Below are positions 1 through 26,370 of a stretch of DNA of 64,000 nucleotides, piece after piece. The notes below the pieces were generated by a model, which was not told where the DNA came from, did no database searches, and worked only from the letters and a program-made list of their open reading frames with translations. The stretch's first letter is position 1, and each line of letters starts with the position of its first letter. The DNA comes from Tubiluchus corallicola (taxonomy: Eukaryota; Animalia; Priapulida), in contig JAQGDQ010000111.1 of the NCBI GenBank assembly GCA_030141605.1, positions 549,622-613,621 on the forward strand, given 5' to 3'. The position numbers and the translations under genes were made by a program.

Positions 1-349
1 TTTTTAATTAGTAAGTTATAATATTGAAATTGAAATGTTTTGCTTTGCAGTTCAATTAAAAATGACACATAACTTGAGGTGGTGTAACGTCTTGTTATAA
101 AATTATGCAAAACATTGCAACACACTGCTTATAAATGTATTAAATTATCAAAAAAGGTCTAGATTTATCAAACAGTCAAACAATTAAGTCTACATTTTAC
201 AATAAAATTTACATGTATCAATAATCTGCAAGTCTGTGACTGTGTACTCACTGAAAACTACATAATAGCACAAATACTTGCAGATTTTATGTATAATACT
301 CCACCCTCCAATCAGTCCAATGACAGCAACATTATACAACACGTTTACA

Positions 350-450
350 ATACAAGAGGCGTGGCCAAACGGCGAGATTCCCTTTTGATCATTCGCCGCC
401 ATCCAATCAATGCACGTGAAGGGCTTTAGATTTTAGTAAGCCCCTATAAC
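350..450 (+). promoter_or_regulatory. Candidate Wnt2 proximal promoter
   Basis: Locally GC/CpG-rich patch about 250-330 bp upstream of the first ATG, with CCAAT (~403), E-box CACGTG (~413) and a TATA-like CTATAA (~444). Motif matches only; the TSS is unknown. Confidence 0.3.
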
Positions 451-680
451 AAGTCTACCCTAATCTAATCCTCCGACAACCTGTGATTTTAGTAACTAGT
501 AATCAACGGTTTAGACGATAAACGATATACACCGAAAACTGTGAATATTGAAAAAGATTTATTGATTATTGATTATCGATTTGCGCTACCAGTCAACTAT
601 CAATGTAGGGCACGAAATAATCACAATACTAAAGACACTTAAACTCGTAATTTAACTGAAAAGTGGAAAATTTTACTTGA

Positions 681-811
681 ATGTTTGGTGGAATGTTTTT
701 CAAGTGGCGAGAACGACGAGAAATGGCGGAAATGGTGAAACAGGGAAATGTTTTTATTTCCGGATTGTTTATATTGATATTTTGCACAAGATTCGTGGAT
801 GCTAATTGGTG
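681..811 (+). CDS. Wnt2: Wnt2 coding exon 1 (signal peptide)
   Basis: [43 protein letters not shown](W). In-frame TGA at 678-680, donor GTAAGT at 812, phase 2 matches exon 2. The true start ATG (681, 693, 723 or 732) is uncertain. Confidence 0.85.
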
Positions 812-3800
812 GTAAGTAGTTCTAAACGCTGGCATAAATGTTGATTTTATGACTAACCGTAAAATCAGCTTTTAGTTACAGAAAATGGCTCTGGCAAAAA
901 TTATAAAATATTTTATTAGATATAAAAATCATGTTAATTAAAAAAATGAAACACTATTTACTGCGAGAATTTGAGAAAATTTAGGCCCAATGTAAAAAAA
1001 TGTATCATTTTTGTAAAAACAGTAGATAATGACTTTAGATGGATGTGTTTAATGTACAATGGCTAACTTTTCATTTGTGTTTTAATTTTAAAAAGTTAAG
1101 TTAGGACAAACAAAAGATACAGTGTCGATTAATTAATCAAAAATATTGAGAAAAATAAAAACGAAACAAATCGAAACTTTTTCCAATAAAAAATTATTTT
1201 AGCCTAATTTTGACCTAGGCTTAGATCAAATCACATTGACAATAATTTCACTGAAAACTAATCTAGATTAAATTAATTGTTTGTAGAGCGTTTAGTTAGA
1301 GGTACTTGTCTGAATTTAACCGTTTGTTTCATTAATTCAATGAATTTTTTGCCTCCTTTACGTCACCAGACAATTTAATTTTCTTACAGCTGGTAAATCT
1401 TATCCTGGTTTTGATTATAAACTTCATTATTCAAATTGAAATTTAATATTGTTGCCGCTCGCCGTGGTATCACGTGCATCATTCCAAAATGTAGCGATTT
1501 TTTTGGGCTCGCACCCGTCATGTAGCCTACACCTATTAATCTATAGCGCAAATCATTTTGTTCTCACAAACTTCAGTAGCATTACTTCTTAAAAACAGAA
1601 AATTTGTATTAAAAAAGCTGAAACAAGTACAGAAACGCTGCAAATTAAAACCGTCGAATCGCGCGTTAGAAAAGAAGATCTGGCGAATGTAATAAAAAAT
1701 GTTAGTACTTTTGTAATAAAATATTTATCGAAAAATTTTCAAAACGAATAACAATGGTAAATTGGATGAAAACTTTAACACTTTCTTAATTTGATTGTAA
1801 ATAAAGTACAGCCGTTCTTTTCAAAGCGATGTATTTAAATTTTTGTTTTCTTTATCAAAACACATAATTATGAAATTTTACATTTCGCGTGTTTTAAGTT
1901 TACTGTCGAATACAGCGTGACTTTGGTGCATTTAATTTTGAGGTAACATGCAAATTAATATGTTTGTAGTAATTACACAGGCTTATATTGCACAGGGAAT
2001 GTATACGTGACGTGTTCACAACCGCCCATCGCTCTTCATCCAATTCCATATGACAAAACTATAGATCTTCTACGTACTTCGTTTGGTTTCCGTTTGTTTA
2101 GCTTTCAAATCCAAAAAATATCCCCAATGATACCCACAGCTTATAACACATAAAATTAAACAATTAATTAGGCAACTGAATTTGTTGCGAGCAAAAATGA
2201 CTAAAATACGTGTTCCCTATTAGCTTCTTTTATTTCAGTTTCATTCAATTTTAATAAATTAAAATGGATTTGAATTATGTTTGAATTTGGCAATACCAAA
2301 CGGAACATAAAGTCGTTTTTCTGTTGTTTTATTTTAAAGGCAACGATGGAATTTTAGTCTCTATTCTTAATCGAATCCAATCTATTTTTTGTATCGGTAA
2401 TTTTCCCTTAAGGGCCATTTCCATAAATGCCCACATAATTTTCCAGAGCAACTGAAGCCCTGCTGATACTTTTAATAGCATCTTAAAACCGTAACGCTTC
2501 TTAAACACCTACACTTTGGTATAAAAATGATAATCTCCTGTCTAACATAATTTGGACATCATTATTATTATTGTTATGATTAGTATCATAATTATGGGCT
2601 TGTGTGGGTTAAAATTTACCGTAAATAATTTTTGTATGGATTCGATTAATTGATTTAAATATTTATTGTAAAATCTAGGTTCACACATGCAAAATACATT
2701 CAAAACAAAAATTGTTCACACAACGATTAAAAATATTTACAATTATAATGACTTAGTTAGTAGTACACAAAGTAAACATTTGAATAAACTATATAGAAGC
2801 AATAAAGAAGTTCTATCCGTTTCTTTCTAGATGTGGCACACCTTTTAAGCAGCTGACGGAACCAAGTAAAAGTAAATAAGAAAAAAAAACAAAAAAAAAA
2901 TTTAATGTTGAGCAGTTTTCCAAGAACCATTAATTGTTTTAATTTGGTAGAAATTAAAAATGCTTAAATATTGCCTATTTGTTTTAGCCAAGGTACTCTG
3001 ATATGCAATGATTATATAGATATATTATAAGCTGTAATAAGGGTAGATAATAATACAAGTATACAGATATTATAGGCTTATGAATTTATAACACACACGT
3101 CATGACACATGTGAAAATTGCAACTTTCATAGTTTACGTTCATTAAAAATTATGTTAAAGGTTTCTGAGTCAGCTACAACTGAGTGCTGTTGGAACTCGT
3201 GGAGTAATGTGTGATAATATTCCCGGATTAGTAGGACGGCAACGGCAAATATGTAAACTTCATCCGGACATCATGATATCCATAGGCGAGGGCGCACGGG
3301 CAGGAGTGCAAGTAGGTAGAATAAACGGATCTAAAAACATTTTTTGCATTAAAATAGCCTTGCCGTTTTTATCCATTTAATAATTTTACTTTTTATTTAT
3401 AATCACTTATTCGAGCAAACATTTTTAGTTAATCTGAAAGGGCAGCATAACGGAAAATAAATGTAACCGTCTTTAGAAATGTAAAATAAAATGCAAAATT
3501 CTTTCCTAAACTGAGAATTGAACCATAATCTTTTGAATTTCGAGTAGCTGTGACGACATGGAATAGCCATTACATCTAAAAGTTAAAAATCAACCTACGT
3601 AAGAGACCTGATCTGGAAAGACTATTACAGCAGTTAAACTTCTGACATCTTTATTGACTAATTTGCTGATTTACCGCGTATACAACTGGTCACAACTTTA
3701 TTCTAAAAAGGAGCCATCAATGGGATAGAATAGCTTTACCTGACCGAATATTATTTTAGGAATGTCAGAATCAATTTCAAGGCCACCGGTGGAACTGCAC

Positions 3801-6800
3801 CACAGTCGATAAAGACGCTACTGTCTTCGGCAAGGTCATGTTAAAAGGTAAGACGAATAAATGAATTAATTAACAGCAATCATTAGTGAAAAACTTGGGT
3901 ATTTACTTATGCAACTATGCAAATTCAGTTACTTCCAAAACAAACAAACTTCATAGTTACAATGCGCTATAACAAACTTAATATTTTTACGTGTTTTTCA
4001 CGTTTTTTTTTATCAAAACCAAATTAAAAACAAACATAAACAATTTTGTGCGCACAAAAAACGCAAATTAAAATTGTTACTTTTAATTAGAAAAAGTTTA
4101 TACAGTAGATTAGAACTGCACGAAGTATTTTTAATTAAAGATATCGATTTTGATTTCGCCGCTTATCTAATAATTTTATCCAGAAAATTAATAAGATGCA
4201 TAAAATAATTATACTTAGGTATGTAGGTTTAACTGCATTAAAAGGTTATTCCATACAACATAAAATTTAAAATACGACTGTAAAAAAGATAATTAGCTGC
4301 CTACAATTTCCAGTTAAGATGCGAAACGAAATCCGGGTAAAATAGTTTTTCCCATGAGAAAAACTAGAGCGACCTTCTGATTACCCGTTCAGCGTTAATT
4401 AGTTAATGATCGATTCACAATCAATCAATTATACCTGCATTGCTACCTTATACACCTTTATACCTGACAAGCGCTGTTTGATTATGACATGAGAAAATAC
4501 TAGTTATAACCAACTCTGCCTGGTCCAAGAACAATGACTCACTTTATGAAGGCTGCGCGTTAGCAACTGCTCCATTGTTTCTGCGCAGGTTGGACTTTTG
4601 TCTAATCATACAATGCTGATTGACCACTCAATTCATTAATATCCCATCTGCATTGTTTTGCGTGTCCGGTACAAGTCCCAAGTTAGGACGTCCTGTATGC
4701 TGGGATTAGAGCTGCCCATTGTACAGGGTGTTCTGTCTCATTGTACAGGGTGACTTGTGAAATACCGAAAGTAAGTACTGAGTGCGTTGTTTTCTGGTTT
4801 TATTGCACCTAAATGTACCAGATTTTCTTGTTAATTTGGCGACAGGCTTTATACAATAATTTGGCTGTCTGGTTGTGACAACTGCAATTCCCACGAAGAT
4901 ATTATGGGCATGGTTTCTGTGTAACCACATACTTTCTTTTTTACTTCGGTATTACTACACTCCAAAATAGCACTAAAAGCACCGACAATTTTATCGAATC
5001 GTAAGGGTGGTTAACATTGTCTAAATTAAAGCTTCTAATAAGTGATTCTTATCCCCAGATTCTTAATTTTCAGTGTAAAGTAACGTGAAAATTTTTCATC
5101 AACAAAAAGTATCTGGCAACGCGCACTTGAACTTATCTTTCGGTTTTTACACTGTAACAATAATTTGAAAAATAAACGCAATGCGTACTCATCAATCCGT
5201 CTAAAAAGTCATTAAACTTAAAGTGTTGTTCAAAAATAATAAGCCATGTAACTTATGGCGCTACTAATAGCGAACAACCAAAAATGAATGTTGATTTTTC
5301 TTTTATTCGTTATACGAGTACATAACTTGAACAGTCTTTTAAGCAGTTGATATAGAAGAGATAAATATATACTGTTAGTATACTGAGGATGAAATGATAG
5401 AACAAAGGGGCCGCTTTGGCATCCCAAAAAGCACAACAAGCATTGTCTGACAATTCTATCTATCCCCTAATCTGCTCCTACTGTTGTTCTTGAATTCCAC
5501 ACAAGCTGTTCAAGGCGGGCTGGGCGGAAGATCCTTTTATACCGGTCAGTGAATGACCACTGCACAGCACTATCCATGTGGTCCTTAATAACACCTACAC
5601 ATTGAGCACTGAGCAGGTTGCTGTTGTTGTTGCTACTGCTGTTGCTGTGGCTATTGTCGTCAATGATACTGAAATAGCTGGAGCCACTACGACAGATGAA
5701 ACCACACAGAACATTTTTATTGTCATTCACCCAATTATTAATCAGGTCTAGTTTTGTCCAACTTCGGTCACTAAGTACAAACCATTTTCATTCAACTACA
5801 GTACTATTGTTGCTGTTGCCTGATGACGGTAATGATCCTGTTGCCACAAAATTCTTGCCACGATTTCTTATTTTTATTGCTGCTGCTGCTTTTGCTATGG
5901 TTGTCGTAGTTGCTTTTTCTTTATTGGCTTCGGAAGGGTGGTAATTTAAATTGATTTTCTAGATTTACCAACTAAGAAAATTTTTAACAAAAACTTGTAC
6001 GAAAAGCTTAGGTTGTTCGAATTTATCAAACGTTCTGCCAAGAATGACGTAAGCAGCTTGAACTTGTCAAACTTGTTTCATAATAAGGCTTTTTTGCGTT
6101 TCTGCTTTTTATGACGTCACATCGTGTGGCAGTCAAACGAGTTAAACAATTAGGAAAAGGCCTAATACTCTTTGAACTACGTACATGTCTACCAGCCCTA
6201 AAGAAAGAGCATACATATAGGCTACAGTTGTATTTAAACGCACGCTAAGTTGTTATATTAATTTTATGGAAAACGTAGCAAATCAAGACGGGCAGTGATT
6301 GCTCATTTAAAGCGCACACGCTCCATCATACAAAAACAATAAGAGCTAATCTTCTAAACACAAAGGGATAATCCAGTGTCTGGTGTCATAAACAAAGCCG
6401 ACAACAGGGGAATACATAGAATACTTTGAACAGCATTGCAAGACGTAATGAAAGTGACCACTAAAAGCGAACAGTAAACAATGATATTTAAATCCGAATG
6501 TTAAAGGTAACATTGAAAGTAGACGTATAAAGGTACATCCTTATCGTCATGTTTAGTATTATCAACTTATCAGCATCATCGACATCATCATTATCATATC
6601 ATCGCCGTCGTCGTCATCAGTATTAGCTAATAGCCGCAGTAACAGGGCAGTGGCTGAACTGACATGGAGAATCGATAAACCAAGTTCAAGTCGGTACACA
6701 ATACTCGTGAAAACTTGAGTAACATTATGCAAGATGACAGTTGAACTGGGGTCAAAAGTCACATAAAGGTCACACAGAGACGAAAACCGCAAGCAACTAT

Positions 6801-9800
6801 TAACACATATGCGCCAATCTAGCGGAGTTTACAAGATTGTAGACACTGAATTTTACAGCTTCCTTGATTTTTAGCAACATTTTACTACTGCTCTTTCACC
6901 AAATTCAATGTGGGTGCATTAGCTGAACGTTCTACATTTTTTATGCAGAAAGTGTTTGTAGTGTGTTAGCAAACTGCATGGCAACTGTTCAAAGACTATG
7001 GCCCATTTGCTAACGATGCCCATTGTATAGTGAAGATTTTCTTATACATAATTTATAGTAAACTACATGTAATATAGTAAAATGATTATACAGACTTGTA
7101 ATTAGTTAACTAACTAATAAGATGTTTTTGTGTATTTAGTAGGTAGCAGGGAAGCAGCGTTTGTCTACAGTGTCAGTTCGGCTGGGGTCGTCCACTCAAT
7201 CACTAGGGCGTGTAGCGAAGGAACGTTGATAAACTGCGCCTGCGATCCAAACAAGGTACTGTAAGCGCATATATTTCAACAATGTTTTTATTTTAACAGT
7301 TCAAGACAGTAAGAACAGCATAACTGTTCAGAAAATATGCAACATTAAATATAGAATAAAAAATTACAAATGTTTTCAGTCTATTTGCTGATATTGCACA
7401 ATATGTGATAACGCAGCAAGTGTCTTCTAACCACATTAAATTTTATTTTGGTTTTACATATATGCGTCTGCAGAGCCATCTATTGATTAAGACAAGAGAT
7501 GTTGCTGAGAAAATAAAAAAGTTTGTCATTGAGGTTGTTCATGTTTGATCAAACAATTATTGAGAAATTCGGTTCAATTGCATGTTCAATATATAACCTT
7601 ATTGTTTGCCGGAAAAATGACAAAGCTGTACCTTCAACGCTAAACCCCGGTTTTTACTTGTAAGGCAAAAAAACCTTGCGGTGGGTAAGAAATAAATGTT
7701 CCAAATACTTTTCCATCAGTTTAAGCCTTCGGAAATGTGTATGTATGACTCAAGCAGGTAAATATTACTGAGCAATTTCAATAATTGTGATGATGTTTCA
7801 AGCGCTGTGTGTTAACACATATAATCACCAAAAATTGTAATGTGTTAACTATAGATTATTGTTGTGTAAAACAAATAATCTCTTACATAGGCCTACCAAT
7901 TAGTGTGTACTTATTAACAGATAAACGACAGTTGTAGTTATACAGCATTATCAAATTTGCATTGTACATTACATTATCATTACATTAGCTATTCAGTCAC
8001 ATTCGACAAAGTTGTATGGCCGAATTCTTGTTTCACAAGTTATTTTAAACTATACTGCAGCTACTTTTGCTACTGTTAGGCAACAAGAAAAGGCCAGCAA
8101 AATGGAAAGCACTGAATCAATTTAAAAATTACAAGCCGACATAATCAATGACAATCACCTGAAGCATTTCACACGTTTTGTTCTATTTTTTCATCTGTAG
8201 GCAGGTAAAGATATTGACTGGAAGGGGGAGTACACCTGGGGAGGATGTAGCGACAATGTCAGGTACGGGAGTCAGTTTTCTCGGATGTTCATCGATGCAA
8301 GAGAGAAGAAGCAAAAAGATGCTAGAGCTCTGATGAACCTGCACAACAACAGGGCTGGACGCAAGGTGAGAACTTGAGGCTCTAATGAGCTCCAAAAAGT
8401 GCACTCTTTTTTATGTTTAAAAAGGCTGAAGCAGTTGCAGTAACTATAAGCAGTGCTGGATTACCCAATAGGCTACTATAGGTTGCAGCCTAGGACACCT
8501 CAAGCTTGGGGGCGTACATTGCATGGCTGAATAATTCATAAAACTTAAAATAAAATTTCAACTTTAAAAAATGAGGCCAGGAAGCCTGAAAATCCAATTT
8601 TAAAGTGGCTCCTCATTTAAGATAAAGGATCCCTGTTTAAGGCCTTTTATTTGAGACAAATGGCCCTTGTTTGAAGCCCATTATTTGGGATAAGGGCCCC
8701 TCTTTGAAGCCCTTTATTTGAAATATGGGGCCCTACTATGCATATGTATATCCAAGATGAGTGCAGGAAAATAGAGGGTGGCTCTTGTCTGAGGGTACCC
8801 CATAATTTCAATAGCGAGTGGGTCCAAAAGTTCATAATCCGGCCTTGACTATTACCCATGATTGTAGTATATTTAGTCGTGTGTGTCTGCCTGTCTGTCC
8901 TTCCGCACTATAAAAATTATGAAGTTGTAACAGGGACATACCTGAGCAATAACTGAAAAAACAGATTTTTTGTATGAAAGGTCAAAGGTCAACATCACTA
9001 GTCAAAAATGTTTAAATAAATTTCTACCCATAGATACTTCATGCCAGGGCATAAATTTGCACAACTACTGAGTGCTTTTATTCTGGTTTACAAATCAGTT
9101 TTTACGTTCACAGGCTGTTCAGAAGTTCACAAAACTGGAGTGCAAATGTCACGGTGTAAGCGGTGCCTGTACCATACGGACATGCTGGCGAGAAATGCAG
9201 GATTTCCGGAAAGTGGGAAAGTTCCTGAAGAAGAAGTACAGTGAAGCAACCAAGGTCATGAGTAATCAGGTAATAATCACAATTTTGTGGACCAATTTTG
9301 TTTTCATCATTCTTCATTTTTGGTAATTTCGATTTTTTATTATTTTTCAACCACATCTTTATTTCTCGGTTTTGAACTTTGAGATGCACAGTCCAGATTT
9401 CTACTTTTTTAACAATTTCTCTACTGCTTTTCTTTGATATTTACAATTTACCACACTTAGCTGACAGAAACAGGTTCTCATCTTCAAATAATATGCCATT
9501 GTTCTACGGCCTACGTAATAAATAATTATTTTTATAGCAATGGGTTATTTGTGTTAATGGAAATATTATGTTTTTGCAAAAGCTGCAAAGTAAAATATTC
9601 TAAATACATCAGCTACTAATGACATGACTAATATACACAATTAACTAATTCTGAATTGAGTTGGGCAAATCAGGTGGTGACCAATCTTCGAAAACCAAAA
9701 AAGTACATCCGGACATTTCGGACTGATAAAATCATACTGTCAGCTTCTCTGCAGGTAATGAGAAAGAGTCCCCTGTGAGATATTTTATTAGGTTAATCAG

Positions 9801-11189
9801 TTTCAGGACCAGTACCTTCTAGTAAGTACAGCCGTGCTGCCCCCGTGTAGCATTGTATCAGTTACGCAATAAGTATGTGTATTATTGCATCAAGCAGAGA
9901 GTAGGTGCTGCCCCCCGTGTGACATTTCAGTACGTTACACATTAATTACAAGTACTGTTACATTAAGCCCCGGTATCGTCGTCCTCTACAGGAAGGCACA
10001 AGTCTGATCATCGCTTCGAGTAAGAAGAAGAGAATCGGGAAAACGGACCTTGTATTCCTGGAACAGTCACCAGATTACTGCATACAGAATTCTGATACAG
10101 GTAAGAACTAAAATTAAGCTGTGAAAAACAACATTAGCTCTGGTCATATTCTGCATGGAGATGTTTTGTCAGTGATGTTTATTCAGATGTTATGAAGCCA
10201 GTAGACAACATAGATCACAGCTTTATAGAATACATAAACAATGCAAAACAATGGCCACTCATAGTAAGGGGTTACAGCTAGTAAAAAGGGACAACTAGAA
10301 TGCATATCCAAAAAAAATCACATAATTTGTAAATGATTTGCTAGTGATTGAAGGCATTTGTTGGTGTCCTTCTCAAATCGAATGTTTTGAAAGGATTTCT
10401 TCTCAAGCAACTTTCTGGTAAAGAATTCCAAAAATAAGAAGCCCAGAGGAAAAATTGACATCGTAAGTGGGTCTCTTCCACAACTGCACTTGCCAGTTTG
10501 AAAAGGACAAATTAAATGACTTCTTGAACAGTATCTTCACCGATACTGTGAGATACGAGAAAAAAAAGCAATAGCAAAGATGATCAGGCAACAGTAATGG
10601 TGCATTCAGACTAGCAAGTTACCTCACCAAGTTAATTCACTAACTAACTTGTCAAGTAACTCACAAGCGTGTTAGAACAAAACTTGCTGCGAGTTACTCT
10701 TTTGCAGTAAGTACAAGCTGACACCAACTTCTCTATTCGATGTGAGAAGTGTCGAGAATTACTTGCAGCAAAGGAAATCAACTCGCAGCAACTGTCGGAG
10801 AATCTGCAATTTCTTGCCGACGGCAACTCGGATGGTAACTTGCAAGTTTGCTGTCAAAAAGAAAACTCACGGGAGAAAACTAGCTAGCCTGAATGCACTG
10901 TAACAGTCACATATTAACTTGTGAAATATTATGCACAGATTTTTTCTCATTGTGATCCTATATTGTAGGATCGCTGGGTACCGCCGGTCGGAAGTGCACA
11001 CGAGAATCTAAGGGTGCAGACAACTGCAAGATAATGTGCTGCGGGCGGGGTTACGACACCCGTCGAGTTCTGCAGAAACGCAAATGTGAATGCAAATTTC
11101 ATTGGTGTTGCCGCGTAGAATGCCAGGAATGCGAAGAGTGGGTGGACGAACACACATGCAAACCACCAAAAGAAGAGCATTGGTACTGA
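681..11189 (+). CDS. Wnt2: Wnt2-subfamily secreted ligand, complete spliced gene, 8 coding exons (378 aa from ATG681; 364 aa from ATG723)
   Basis: Exons 681-811, 3161-3311, 3760-3847, 7140-7255, 8201-8365, 9114-9269, 9992-10100 and 10969-11189 all have GT-AG introns and join into one open frame (1137 nt). Motifs: signal peptide ending [75 protein letters not shown] (lipidated Ser), [21 protein letters not shown]. The CDNIPGL, CDPxK, NNRAGRK and GRGYDT wording matches my recollection of the Wnt2 subfamily. Confidence 0.93.
3161..3311 (+). CDS. Wnt2: Wnt2 coding exon 2
   Basis: AAG| then [50 protein letters not shown], then |GTAGGT. Confidence 0.92.
3760..3847 (+). CDS. Wnt2: Wnt2 coding exon 3
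   Basis: TTTTAG| then [29 protein letters not shown], then |GTAAGA. Confidence 0.93.
7140..7255 (+). CDS. Wnt2: Wnt2 coding exon 4 (tandem acceptor; start 7140 or 7143)
   Basis: (V)[38 protein letters not shown], then |GTACTG. Confidence 0.92.
8201..8365 (+). CDS. Wnt2: Wnt2 coding exon 5
   Basis: TGTAG| then [55 protein letters not shown], then |GTGAGA. Confidence 0.94.
8451..8847. mobile_element. hAT-like MITE in Wnt2 intron 5
   Basis: Degenerate TIRs CAGTGCTGGATTA / TAATCCGGCCTTG; flanks ACTATAAG vs ACTATTAC (decayed 8-bp TSD); internal ~30-bp repeats GGCCC..TTTGAAGCCC.TTATTTG. Confidence 0.55.
9114..9269 (+). CDS. Wnt2: Wnt2 coding exon 6
   Basis: CACAG| then [52 protein letters not shown], then |GTAATA. 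Confidence 0.95.
9992..10100 (+). CDS. Wnt2: Wnt2 coding exon 7
   Basis: CTACAG| then [36 protein letters not shown], then |GTAAGA. Confidence 0.93.
10598..10900. mobile_element. PIF/Harbinger-like MITE in Wnt2 intron 7
   Basis: ~22-bp TIRs TGGTGCATTCAGACTAGCAAGTT / AACTAGCTAGCCTGAATGCACTG, flanked on both sides by TAA (10595-10597, 10901-10903). Confidence 0.7.
10969..11189 (+). CDS. Wnt2: Wnt2 coding exon 8 (last)
   Basis: TGTAG| then [73 protein letters not shown] and TGA. Confidence 0.95.
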
Positions 11190-11949
11190 TCCCCACCCAC
11201 CAAATCCCCACAAGAGTGACAAGGAGGAAACCAGTGAAATGAAAAGCTACTTGTTGATGTATTACAGTCAGAAAAAAACAGTAATTTCACACACATGGAA
11301 TCCTGCACAGTTTTTGGCTGAATGAACTGCATACTGAAAAAACAAAATATTTTACATCAAATGATCTCTCAAGCCACGTTTTGCAATGCAGTCAGAATTT
11401 CTCCATGTTAAAATTCAGAATGTTACGGCTTCTAATCCCAGTTTTTGTACGTGTGTGCAAGTTTTTGCAGACAAAATTCTGATATGAAAAAAATGTTGAA
11501 CACTAATAGGGTCTGAAATAAGTTCCCCGTTAAATAGCCTCTTCCACACGAGAGTCTTGTATATAGTTTCAAGTTGTGCTTTTAAGCGATATCGGTAATT
11601 TCTCACTCAACAATATAGTAATTATTTACTTATGACAATAACTGCTATGATTGTATTTATGAAATACTTATAGCATTGTTAATACTACTATAGTTATTAG
11701 ACTGTATTATCTTTAAGAACAGCAATAACTGTACAATGCAAAATTAGTAATGACCAACGCTACAACATGCACTGAATTGGCAGCTTTTTTGCCGGGTTAG
11801 TTTGTAAATGTGGATATATTTATTTATTACATAATAGCGCTTTATCGTGTTGTTACATTATTTAACTGTATATAAGTTTTTGTATAGTGACTTTTCGTAT
11901 GAAAAAATGCAGTGACTTCTCTCACATAATTTTCCATTGATAATGATAG

Positions 11950-11955
11950 AATAAA
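11950..11955 (+). terminator. Probable Wnt2 polyadenylation signal AATAAA
   Basis: First AATAAA I found downstream of the Wnt2 stop (~760 nt 3'UTR); a second lies at 12000-12005. Confidence 0.5.
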
Positions 11956-11987
11956 ACATTATCACATTGAAATGGTTTAATGAGCTG

Positions 11988-11993
11988 TTTATT
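11988..11993 (-). terminator. Probable PMPCB polyadenylation signal AATAAA (TTTATT on +)
   Basis: First minus-strand AATAAA I found downstream of the PMPCB stop (~480 nt 3'UTR). Confidence 0.5.
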
Positions 11994-12473
11994 TTTCCAA
12001 ATAAATTTAATTACTTTCTATTGTTCTTATGCAAGAAATACTGCAGCATCATGTGACAGAAATTTGGCCTATATCATTTCCACAGTTGCACAGTTCATAC
12101 AGTTGTAAATAATTTCTCGGCCACACAATATTCATCTTAACATTATTTTATACACTTAGTACAATGTTTTCTGAAATGTTTAGCTTTTTATGCTTAAGTA
12201 TATTTTCTTAAAATAACCTGTTTACATTTGTTCAACAAATTTGCAAGTGGCTCAGCCCAATACTTGCCCTTGACTTCCAAATGTGATTCATTCAAGTGCT
12301 CATTAGTGTGAAAACAATTTAAGCAACTAAATATTTTTCTGCAGTAAGTGCCAGTTTTGTAAGTTTTGCAACTCAAATACCTGTCAAAATAATCCCCTGC
12401 CCTAGCAACAAAGCGAATTTGAAAACTAAAGAACATTAACGAGACATTAATTTACTACAGCAGGTGCCAACCA

Positions 12474-25911
<13,438 letters not shown>

Positions 25912-26197
25912 GTTATAACACTCAAATATCTGATGTTGAAAAAACACTGTTTGTCAAATGAATAAGTTTGGATTCGATTGTAGTTTATTTTACAGTGCAA
26001 TAACCAACAGTCTATTGGTGATGAATCTCCCTGATCATTGTGGTCAATCATTTGTGGATGATCCTAATAATATTTGGCGGCCCTTTGTGTGCTGAAAAGT
26101 GAAAACTACAATATCAATATAGAGTTTAATGTGTCTCAATAAAAACTGGTTATAATAACATTACAAACGACTACGCAAATGTGGCGTACTACAATGA

Positions 26198-26370
26198 CTA
26201 TATGAATAAATCAGTGATCGAGTAGAAGCGCACCAAAGAAAAAAACAAAATGAGTAAAATAATGAATGACTGATGAACGAAAATAATAAATGAAACGGAT
26301 AATAAATGACTAATGATCAATGAAACAATGAATGGATGAACGAATGAGAGTATAAACAAATGAATAAGTG
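26198..26370. repeat. Degenerate (GAAT/AAAT)n low-complexity tract
   Basis: Repeated ATGA/AATG/AAAT tetramers. Confidence 0.6.

Noticed and set aside
6165-9445. TCF/LEF sites (CTTTGA[A/T]) suggesting Wnt autoregulation
   Set aside because: A few scattered 7-mers are expected by chance in such AT-rich DNA and are not clustered.
11558-11874. Pumilio elements (TGTATATA at 11558 and 11867) and AU-rich elements in the Wnt2 3'UTR
   Set aside because: Plausible, but indistinguishable from background in an AT-rich UTR without conservation data.
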